From an uncultured virus (IMG/VR IMGVR_UViG_3300042337_000191) (Duplodnaviria; Heunggongvirae; Uroviricota; Caudoviricetes): 20,000 nucleotides of DNA. The DNA lies in IMG/VR virus record IMGVR_UViG_3300042337_000191. One strand, 5' to 3'. Numbering within the stretch: the stretch's first letter is position 1; every line of letters begins with the position of its first letter. Below, piece after piece: positions 7,763 through 14,064 of the stretch. Position numbers and translations under genes: made by a program. Below the pieces are notes generated by a model. That model searched no databases and was not told where the DNA came from. It saw nothing but the letters and a program-made list of their open reading frames with translations.

Positions 7763-7936
7763 TTACCACTCTCTATACTGTCGAGCTCGAGCCTGACGAT
7801 ACTCATCCAGACACCATTGGTCTAGCTCTCGTACCTCTAGGTCGTAGGTCTGTTGGTCAATGATACCACGGCTGAGCTCTCGGTCGAGCCTGTCCATGGT
7901 CCGTTCGGCGATACGTTCGATTTGGTCCTCGGTCAT
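7763..7936 (-). CDS. Hypothetical helical protein (MTEDQIERIAERTMDRLD...)
   Basis: ORF track with start moved to ATG 7936 (GGAG SD). Confidence 0.75.
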   Translation of the reverse strand: MTEDQIERIAERTMDRLDRELSRGIIDQQTYDLEVRELDQWCLDEYRQARARQYREW

Positions 7937-7938
7937 TC

Positions 7939-8082
7939 TCAGCGCTCCAATACGACAGACCACTTACCGTCTGCCCACTGCTTAGTCTTGACAATACGGT
8001 ATCCAGCGTGCACCCAAGCTCTCGCTGTCCGACAAACGTAGCTGTAAGATCCGGATATAACCTTCTTCGGCTTCTCTGTCAT
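7939..8082 (-). CDS. Hypothetical protein, 47 aa (MTEKPKKVISGSYSYVC...)
   Basis: Translated by hand; GGAGG SD. Confidence 0.65.
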   Translation of the reverse strand: MTEKPKKVISGSYSYVCRTARAWVHAGYRIVKTKQWADGKWSVVLER

Positions 8083-8229
8083 TTAATCCTCCAACGTTCC
8101 AGGAACAATCCACCATGAGCGATCTTGAATATCATCCACGGGATACATATCCTGCTCGCTATCGTATTGAGCAATAGACCATGCACCAACTTGATATATT
8201 GATCGACGTTGCCAATAAACGATAACCAT
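8083..8229 (-). CDS. WxVPGTLED micro-protein, copy 3 (48 aa)
   Basis: Translated by hand: MVIVYWQRRS...SWWIVPGTLED. Confidence 0.75.
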   Translation of the reverse strand: MVIVYWQRRSIYQVGAWSIAQYDSEQDMYPVDDIQDRSWWIVPGTLED

Positions 8230-8441
8230 CACACTTCCTCCCCGACACCATCGTATCCGTCATAGATACGGTTCAGTTCTACCTTACGGATCTCGATCCA
8301 CTCGCAGTCGTTTCCAACCGCATGCTTGGCCTTATAGGACACTTCGAACTCACGAGCCTTCACGTAGTCGGAGAACACGCCCAACAACTCCATGCCCTCA
8401 TACTGGACACCGTACATCACGACGTAGACTTCCATGATCAA
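8229..8441 (-). CDS. Hypothetical phage protein (VYVV...LLGVFS...A type)
   Basis: ORF track; GAGGAGG SD; follows a promoter. Confidence 0.8.
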   Translation of the reverse strand: MIMEVYVVMYGVQYEGMELLGVFSDYVKAREFEVSYKAKHAVGNDCEWIEIRKVELNRIYDGYDGVGEEV

Positions 8442-8465
8442 TCCTCCTCATCAACCTATATTCTT

Positions 8466-8494
8466 ACTCTACGCCCATTCTGGATAAAAGTAAA
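8466..8494 (-). promoter_or_regulatory. Early promoter TTTACT-17-TAGAGT with GGTTGATG leader
   Basis: Read directly. Confidence 0.7.
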
Positions 8495-8582
8495 GCTGAG
8501 ACTGTGCTGTAACGTCAACTTTTTTTAAAAATAATGCCTGGACGAACCTAGAGCTCCGCAGAGACAATGATCCGCCCAGGAC

Positions 8583-8611
8583 TTGACTTTTAGGTGATAA
8601 AATGGTATACT
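8583..8611 (+). promoter_or_regulatory. Promoter TTGACT-17-TATACT with no downstream + strand gene
   Basis: Read directly. Confidence 0.8.
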
Positions 8612-8617
8612 TAGAAA

Positions 8618-8718
8618 TTGTCTAACAGTGGGATGGACTATCAGCTCTCGACGTCCCAGTCACTGACAATCCATCCCACACTCAGAACCGCTGGAGCAAG
8701 GGCCAGGGCCGTGAGATC
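8618..8718 (+). ncRNA. Candidate small RNA with a long hairpin
   Basis: Follows the orphan promoter; 17-bp stem with two DNA-level mismatches (8628-8644 / 8663-8679); no SD-led ORF. The 3' end is uncertain. Confidence 0.4.
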
Positions 8719-9234
8719 TTAGACTAATGCCTTGACAGCATCAACCGTCAGGAACGTCGGAGCCTTGAAGGACTCAAGATCATTCGTGACAGCATCAACA
8801 TAAGCACGAGCCTCATCGGCATCGAAGTTCTCGACACCAGTGGCCTTCGGCTCGGCATACTGGCCCTTGGCATACTTACGGCCAACAGCCTTCAGACGAG
8901 CAAGGTTCTTCGCACGAATGTCGGCGATTTCCTCGGCAGTCTTGGTCTTACCGAGCTTGGCCTTCTCGGCCTGTTCCTTATCGCCAGCAACACGAGGAGC
9001 CGGAACCTTCTGGATCTTGCTCTTCGGAGCCTTAGCAGCCTTCGGAGCAGCAGAACGAGTAGCCTTCTCGACAGTGCCGAGCGACGGATCAGCCTTCACA
9101 CGGAGAGCATACGCTGCACGAGCGTTCTTCTCGGTCCAACCGAACTCTGCCTGGAGCAACGGCAGGACATCAGCCATCGCCTTACCAGCGTTTTCCTTCA
9201 TAATGCGAATCACGATTTCAGTCTTCGTAGCCAT
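8719..9234 (-). CDS. Lys/Ala-rich early protein, putative DNA-binding
   Basis: 171 aa; helical N-terminal domain then an AAPKAAKAPK linker; biased codon use; own promoter and GAAGGAG SD. Confidence 0.85.
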   Translation of the reverse strand: MATKTEIVIRIMKENAGKAMADVLPLLQAEFGWTEKNARAAYALRVKADPSLGTVEKATRSAAPKAAKAPKSKIQKVPAPRVAGDKEQAEKAKLGKTKTAEEIADIRAKNLARLKAVGRKYAKGQYAEPKATGVENFDADEARAYVDAVTNDLESFKAPTFLTVDAVKALV

Positions 9235-9265
9235 CTTCAGATCTCCTTCATCAACCTATATACGT

Positions 9266-9294
9266 ATTCTACCCCAGATTTCGATATTCGTAAA
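9266..9294 (-). promoter_or_regulatory. Early promoter TTTACG-17-TAGAAT with GGTTGATG leader
   Basis: Read directly. Confidence 0.75.
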
Positions 9295-9341
9295 GCCCCA
9301 AAAGTCAAATTTCTGAAGAAAAATGACTTTACCGTTCCAGA

Positions 9342-9503
9342 TCAATAGCTTGTCAACGAAACATGATCCTCTACGTCATAGCCATAGAATTCAGGGAATT
9401 CCTGGAAGTACTCGAGGTAGGACTTGACTGCTACCCGAGATATGTTATAATAGGCTCTGTCAAAGCCATCGAAATAGAGGATCAGATTGAATGAACGAAT
9501 CAT
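9342..9503 (-). CDS. Hypothetical protein, 53 aa
   Basis: From ATG 9503 (GAGGTG SD, ATGA coupling). Confidence 0.7.
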   Translation of the reverse strand: MIRSFNLILYFDGFDRAYYNISRVAVKSYLEYFQEFPEFYGYDVEDHVSLTSY

Positions 9504-9601
9504 TGGATCACCTCGAGGATCTGAACCAGAACAATGAATACAGCCAAGCCAACGGTCATCAGTCCGAGGCCAATTACGTTCTGCATATCTTGGGTTCTCA
9601 T
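9500..9601 (-). CDS. Single-TM micro-protein, 33 aa
   Basis: From ATG 9601; AAGGAG SD; follows a promoter. Confidence 0.65.
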   Translation of the reverse strand: MRTQDMQNVIGLGLMTVGLAVFIVLVQILEVIQ

Positions 9602-9632
9602 CAGCAGTTCTCCTTTCAACCTTACATATATG

Positions 9633-9661
9633 ATTATACCCAGTTTCGGAAAATTCGTCAA
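9633..9661 (-). promoter_or_regulatory. Early promoter TTGACG-17-TATAAT
   Basis: Read directly. Confidence 0.85.
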
Positions 9662-9745
9662 GCGAAAAATGACTCTCTCGGCAACTTTTTTTGAGCTTGG
9701 TCTGTGCTGTAAGGAACACCTGCCCCGCCCAATACCACTCCCTAG

Positions 9746-9774
9746 AGTATACTCCATTTTTGAGAAAAAGGCAA
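9746..9774 (-). promoter_or_regulatory. Promoter TTGCCT-17-TATACT, no ORF before the next promoter
   Basis: Read directly. Confidence 0.75.
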
Positions 9775-9830
9775 GCTAGGCTGTAGGGCTACCGCTAAAA
9801 TAAATTTGCTCGTTACAGCACAGTCTCAGC

Positions 9831-9859
9831 TTGCCTTATAAGGGGATCAGCGGTAATAT
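9831..9859 (+). promoter_or_regulatory. Promoter TTGCCT-17-TAATAT
   Basis: Read directly; GAAGGAG SD and ATG 9886 follow. Confidence 0.7.
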
Positions 9860-9885
9860 AATAATGGTAACTGAAGGAGAAACTC

Positions 9886-10107
9886 ATGAAAGCGATTTAT
9901 TTTCCCTTTAAAGGTTCAAATAATTGGGCTTTTATTAATTCGTGGGTTAATTCATGCGGCCCAATTGGGGTTATATATTATGGGGAAAATGAAATGATGA
10001 TCCCGGTATTAGCGACCGAATTAAATACCTATAATAAAAAGCCTTTAGATTTTTATAAAAATTCGCCTAAGTTTAATAAACGACGGGGGTATAATGCCCC
10101 TTATTAA
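9886..10107 (+). CDS. Hypothetical protein in the AT-rich island
   Basis: Promoter, SD and a 73-aa ORF. Confidence 0.7.
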   Translation: MKAIYFPFKGSNNWAFINSWVNSCGPIGVIYYGENEMMIPVLATELNTYNKKPLDFYKNSPKFNKRRGYNAPY

Positions 10108-10145
10108 TAATTAAAAAAACTTAGTAATTCTTGGCTAATTGTTAA

Positions 10146-10224
10146 TGCTCTTGGTTGTGTGTGGGTTTATAATAAGTTCAACAACCAAGAGCACCAACAC
10201 GCATTAGCACGCATTAGCAAGCAT
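10146..10224. repeat. 13-bp inverted repeat (10146-10158 / 10181-10193) followed by about 2.7 tandem copies of CACGCATTAG
   Basis: TGCTCTTGGTTGT / ACAACCAAGAGCA; tandem units start at 10198, 10208 and 10218. Confidence 0.9.
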
Positions 10225-10248
10225 ATACGCCTCGAATAGCGCAGAGAT

Positions 10249-10275
10249 AAAAAAAAGGGGATTTTTTATACCCCT
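10249..10275 (-). terminator. Intrinsic terminator
   Basis: Minus strand reads AGGGG-N10-CCCCT then a T run, just after the stop at 10294. Confidence 0.65.
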
Positions 10276-10293
10276 AAATATATTCCCTTATTA

Positions 10294-10494
10294 TTATTCT
10301 TTAATCTCTAGGTATTCCCTATATTTCTCTCTTAGGAGTTGCCTATCCTCTATTAACATATGGGTTAGCGTTCCCATTAAATCATATTCCCTTCGGTATT
10401 CTTTTAATTGGCGTAATTGGTAGTATCTTAGGTATAACTGGCCTATTATTGATTCTATTTCTAATTCTATATCCTCTACGGTTTTATTTTCCAT
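10294..10494 (-). CDS. Hypothetical coiled-coil protein
   Basis: ORF track; AAGGA SD. Confidence 0.65.
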   Translation of the reverse strand: MENKTVEDIELEIESIIGQLYLRYYQLRQLKEYRREYDLMGTLTHMLIEDRQLLREKYREYLEIKE

Positions 10495-10627
10495 TAAACC
10501 ATTCCTTTCGCATTTCGCCTATTATATTAATAAACCATTCAGGACCGAATATTAATACGCCTATTGCTAGTAATATAGAGCCGAATGATAGTATTAGACG
10601 GGCGGCGATATTTGATAGTAGTTTCAT
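10484..10627 (-). CDS. Single-TM micro-protein, 47 aa (MKLLSNIAARLILSFG...)
   Basis: Translated by hand; GAGGGG SD; fills the operon. Confidence 0.6.
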   Translation of the reverse strand: MKLLSNIAARLILSFGSILLAIGVLIFGPEWFINIIGEMRKEWFNGK

Positions 10628-10628
10628 T

Positions 10629-10811
10629 TTATTCCCCCTCAATCTTAATATTCTTCCAATCCGGGAGTAATTCGAATAATACGCCTTTAATTTCTTTTAA
10701 TACTCTACCCTCTACTATTTCCTCTACTCTGTATATTTGATTATGATTATAATAAGCGGCGATTAATCTATAATAATTACCGTTCTTCTCTTTGATGATT
10801 CGCTTAGTCAT
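10629..10811 (-). CDS. Hypothetical protein
   Basis: AGGAG SD and an upstream promoter. Confidence 0.7.
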   Translation of the reverse strand: MTKRIIKEKNGNYYRLIAAYYNHNQIYRVEEIVEGRVLKEIKGVLFELLPDWKNIKIEGE

Positions 10812-10833
10812 TTCGTTTTCTCCTACTATTCCT

Positions 10834-10861
10834 ATTCTACGCCTTTCCGGAAAAAAGGCAA
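10834..10861 (-). promoter_or_regulatory. Promoter TTGCCT-16-TAGAAT
   Basis: Read directly. Confidence 0.75.
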
Positions 10862-10929
10862 GCGCTGACTCTGCTGTAAGGCCAAGAAATTATTTTAAAA
10901 AAAATGACCCCATATGGTCTAGCTGGCGC

Positions 10930-10957
10930 TTGCCTTTTTCGGCGAAACGGGTATACT
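10930..10957 (+). promoter_or_regulatory. Promoter TTGCCT-16-TATACT with GGTTGA leader
   Basis: Read directly; near-identical to the promoter at 17616-17643. Confidence 0.85.
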
Positions 10958-10986
10958 AAGAATATGGTTGATTGAAAGGAACTGAT

Positions 10987-11220
10987 ATGACTACGTTTAC
11001 CTACCCGACTCAAGCTGAACTGTTGATCCTTATTGCTAAGACCGAGTTTAAGCCGTTCGATAAAATGGATTGGGACGCCTTTGCGGGTTGTGAAAGCGAT
11101 AATCCGTTTATCGGCTATTCCGACGAGTTTACTATCGTTCTTGACGGTCATCTTATTAATATTATTCATTCCGAAGATAGCTATGGCGGTCAGTTATTTG
11201 AATTGAATAAACTGGCCTAA
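10987..11220 (+). CDS. Hypothetical protein
   Basis: ATG 10987 after an AAAGGA SD. Confidence 0.8.
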   Translation: MTTFTYPTQAELLILIAKTEFKPFDKMDWDAFAGCESDNPFIGYSDEFTIVLDGHLINIIHSEDSYGGQLFELNKLA

Positions 11221-11231
11221 TATAGTATAAT
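11203..11231 (+). promoter_or_regulatory. Promoter TTGAAT-17-TATAAT
   Basis: Read directly; GAGGAG SD follows. Confidence 0.6.
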
Positions 11232-11257
11232 ATTAATATAATAAGAGGAGAGTTAAT

Positions 11258-11509
11258 ATGGATAATATTAACGAGAATTGGCTTATCCGCACCGACGAAA
11301 TGGCCTATAAATTCGAACAGGGCGATCTAACCGTAGATAAGTTTACGGACGATCAATTAACCTATTTGATATACTGGAACTTCGGAGTTTCTGGTGTATC
11401 TATTATGAAAGAAACTAAACTCGCCGAAGAAGAATTAATTCGCCGAGGTAATCCCTATTCCGAGGATTACGCCGATGAATTAAATGCTAAGACGGAGGAT
11501 TATCTATGA
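11258..11509 (+). CDS. Acidic hypothetical protein
   Basis: ORF track; SD present. Confidence 0.8.
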   Translation: MDNINENWLIRTDEMAYKFEQGDLTVDKFTDDQLTYLIYWNFGVSGVSIMKETKLAEEELIRRGNPYSEDYADELNAKTEDYL

Positions 11510-11724
11510 TTTATGATATATCTAAATGGTCGACCGAACAATTGGTTGACTTATTAAATCATTCAGGTTATAGTAGCGATGATATAGTTTCTTGTTACTA
11601 TAAACAAACGCTGTCCGAGGGTCATATAGTCTTTAATATAGACTACGAGAACCTAGATGGCGAATTAGAATCAGGTAATGTCTTTGTATTCATTCGCGAT
11701 GGTAAACTGGTCGCTGAGTTCTAA
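11506..11724 (+). CDS. Acidic hypothetical protein
   Basis: ATGA coupling; GGAGG SD. Confidence 0.8.
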   Translation: MIYDISKWSTEQLVDLLNHSGYSSDDIVSCYYKQTLSEGHIVFNIDYENLDGELESGNVFVFIRDGKLVAEF

Positions 11725-11725
11725 G

Positions 11726-11785
11726 TTGGTCGCAGCGTAGGTCAGCGAGTTGGTCCTTCACTTGGTCAGGAGATAGGTCATGTCT
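11726..11785 (+). repeat. 12-bp-period array, 5 units with TWGGTC core
   Basis: GGTC at 11728, 11740, 11752, 11764, 11776. Confidence 0.95.
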
Positions 11786-12085
11786 TTTAGAGTTACAAAT
11801 AACTTCGCCGATGCGAATATGACTGGTCTGGTTGGTTATGTTAATACAACCTACGCAGATCTGGTCGAGGCGTTCGGTCAGCCCCAGCAAGGCGGCGATA
11901 AGACTAATTCAGAATGGATTATTAAGTTCTCTGACGGTCAGGTAGCGACTATCTATGACTGGAAAGAACCTATGACGCCGACCGATGATTATGACTGGCA
12001 TATTGGCGGTAAACGCTCGGTCGTTGTTGAGCGTATTGCTAATATTCTAGGTGTCGGTAATAACTGTTGGTCGACCGATAGGTAA
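11780..12085 (+). CDS. Conserved phage hypothetical protein (TY..LV..FG.P / ATIYDWK / WHIGG family)
   Basis: Motifs recalled from phage early proteins; AGGAG SD. Confidence 0.85.
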   Translation: MSFRVTNNFADANMTGLVGYVNTTYADLVEAFGQPQQGGDKTNSEWIIKFSDGQVATIYDWKEPMTPTDDYDWHIGGKRSVVVERIANILGVGNNCWSTDR

Positions 12086-12222
12086 TCACTTAGGTCAGAC
12101 GATAGGTCAACCCGCTGGTCATTAAGTTGGTCAGCGGGTTGGTATTGTCGTAGGTAACTGCGTAGGTAGGTCAGTTGGTCACATCATAGGTAAACCAGTA
12201 GGTGAGTCAGATGGTCAACAAA
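12067..12222 (+). repeat. 12-bp-period array, 13 units with TWGGT(C/A) core
   Basis: GGT every 12 bp from 12069 to 12213 with no phase slip. Confidence 0.95.
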
Positions 12223-12277
12223 CATAATAGCGGCCAGCGCATAGATTAATCCGGCGAATAATCCTATTGCTAGGGGT

Positions 12278-12505
12278 TTACTCATCTTCCTCTCCCATAT
12301 ACTTGTCCCATTCCGCCGCCGTAATTCCGCTCTTAATAAACTCTCTGGCGTCGGAGGACAACTCGGGGAATGCCTCTTGAATTAACTTCTCTCCTCGACG
12401 CCAAGCTAATAGGCGTAACTCGAACTCGTCCTGATCATAGGCGGCAAACTCCATTGTATGCAGCTTGTTCGTGAATGGACTAGTCTTAGTAATTCTTGCT
12501 GTCAT
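12278..12505 (-). CDS. Conserved phage hypothetical protein (LIQEAFPELS..REFI.SGIT..EW family)
   Basis: Motif recalled as widespread in phages. Confidence 0.85.
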   Translation of the reverse strand: MTARITKTSPFTNKLHTMEFAAYDQDEFELRLLAWRRGEKLIQEAFPELSSDAREFIKSGITAAEWDKYMGEEDE

Positions 12506-12508
12506 ATA

Positions 12509-13144
12509 TCACCTAAATGATGGTCCGGCAACCCACATAACCAAAGAGTTTCTTATTCCCTTTGTTACTGGTGTCACTTCGTGAATAGTAAATGATGGAA
12601 ATAATAATACAGAGCCTCTTGTTGGTCTAATCTTAAAATCACGTGCATAAGGAAAACGTAGCTCGCCTCCTTCAAACTCATCTGGGTCTGAAAGTAATAC
12701 AGTCAATGATAGCTTTCTTGCTATTGTATTATAATCTCTATCCGAGTGAGCAATATAATGCTGCTCATCGTTGCCGTTATATTCCAGGAATTGCATAGGC
12801 TCTACGGGACCAGTCAAATCGAAATGAAAATGTCTTTGATTGGCCGTGACTACTACTTCTCTGATCCTCTCGATTACAAAAGCCAAATTCTCTTTTTGTT
12901 GTTCGGGCGACGCCTGATAAACCGTGCAGTTTCTTACGCTCTTGTCAACATTTCCCTCGCCAACAGAAGAAACATTCGGCGTAGTGTTGTTCTTATAATA
13001 ATCAATAATATCGTTACACTCTTTGGCGTCGAATACCTTATGATAAATTGCGAACTCTTCTATATTGTCTCGATGTACTCCGGGAATATCAAAAATACTA
13101 GGTATCTTGATTTCATTTTGATCATCACCAGTATCAATAATCAT
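12509..13144 (-). CDS. 2OG-Fe(II) oxygenase (PKHD/prolyl-hydroxylase type)
   Basis: HSD, RKLS, FEGGEL, FPS, HEVTPVTKG.R.SLV.W motifs. Confidence 0.93.
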   Translation of the reverse strand: MIIDTGDDQNEIKIPSIFDIPGVHRDNIEEFAIYHKVFDAKECNDIIDYYKNNTTPNVSSVGEGNVDKSVRNCTVYQASPEQQKENLAFVIERIREVVVTANQRHFHFDLTGPVEPMQFLEYNGNDEQHYIAHSDRDYNTIARKLSLTVLLSDPDEFEGGELRFPYARDFKIRPTRGSVLLFPSFTIHEVTPVTKGIRNSLVMWVAGPSFR

Positions 13145-13147
13145 TTA

Positions 13148-13795
13148 TCACTCCGGAATTTTAGGATCTTTAATAGGCGGAAATGGTTTGGCTTTCCCAG
13201 TTTTGTTAGGAACAAAATTAAACCATCCTGTAAGAATATACTTCTCTTGCGTTGGAGATACTACACCACGATGGAAATGAGTCCAGTCGACTGGCCATAT
13301 CATGGTCAATCCCTTCTCTGGGCGTAGATTAATACGTTGATGATAGAATTGCGTTCCGCCTCGATCAGTAACGTCATTAAGATATGTCATAAACGCCAGA
13401 TGACGAGATACTCCTGGCTCAACACAACTTAGACGTTCGGAATGCCAAATTTTAAATCCGCCACCCGGAGGATAATATTGAATATTTGGTGGGCTAAGAA
13501 CATCTACATCATCACCATACGCTGACAAAGGATATACCTTTTGATACTCATTCATTATGTCATGCAAATGAGCATAATACTCTTTTAGAATTGTATCGTC
13601 GCTTAAATGACAATCAACGGAGTCTTTAATTGATTTGTTAACAACTCTCTGGCCAAACTCGTTATGAATAATTCCAGCACTCTTATCTGAGTTATTATTA
13701 AACCATTCAATAACTCTATCGCAGAAACTGGTGTCTTTCATATACCATCCCAGGATGAAATTACCTGGGATTGGATTTAGTATATGTGATTTCAT
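13148..13795 (-). CDS. 2OG-Fe(II) oxygenase (prolyl 4-hydroxylase-like)
   Basis: WHSE, YLNDV..GG.T.F, WP..WTH.HRG, KYI.TGW motifs. Confidence 0.93.
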   Translation of the reverse strand: MKSHILNPIPGNFILGWYMKDTSFCDRVIEWFNNNSDKSAGIIHNEFGQRVVNKSIKDSVDCHLSDDTILKEYYAHLHDIMNEYQKVYPLSAYGDDVDVLSPPNIQYYPPGGGFKIWHSERLSCVEPGVSRHLAFMTYLNDVTDRGGTQFYHQRINLRPEKGLTMIWPVDWTHFHRGVVSPTQEKYILTGWFNFVPNKTGKAKPFPPIKDPKIPE

Positions 13796-13798
13796 CTA

Positions 13799-14017
13799 TT
13801 AACTCATGGAGTTAATAAGATCTTGGCGTATGTTATTTGTAATCTCTTCCATATCTTCGTCAAAGCCAACAGTAAAGCCTGACATAGTACGAACAAAGAA
13901 AACATATTTTGGAGACTCTAGATTATTTTCCTCGTTTGGTTCTACATACTGAACTGGGGAAACGAATTCAATATAAGCAGTATTAATTACACCAGAATTT
14001 GGACATCTGAAAAGCAT
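13799..14017 (-). CDS. Hypothetical protein
   Basis: AAGGAG SD. Confidence 0.75.
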   Translation of the reverse strand: MLFRCPNSGVINTAYIEFVSPVQYVEPNEENNLESPKYVFFVRTMSGFTVGFDEDMEEITNNIRQDLINSMS

Positions 14018-14064
14018 ACTATTCTCCTTGTTACTTTCAAGTCATATATGTATATAGTCGATTA

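Larger units (their letters stand above)
8493..9832. repeat. 22-bp exact inverted repeat (8493-8514, 9811-9832), each copy abutting a -35 box
   Basis: AAGCTGAGACTGTGCTGTAACG / CGTTACAGCACAGTCTCAGCTT. Confidence 0.95.

Noticed and set aside
8840..9316. 158-aa + strand ORF as the target of the 8583 promoter
   Set aside because: Antisense shadow of 8719..9234, over 200 nt from the promoter, with no SD.
11690..11890. Minus-strand ORF with D-x-x-x periodicity as the cause of the array
   Set aside because: Overlaps two good + strand genes, and the longer array has stops in all six frames.
11726..12222. CRISPR array interpretation of the 12-bp arrays
   Set aside because: Repeats of 5-6 nt and spacers of 6-7 nt are far too short, and no cas genes are in the window.
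12746..13327. 193-aa + strand ORF
   Set aside because: Antisense to the two oxygenases.
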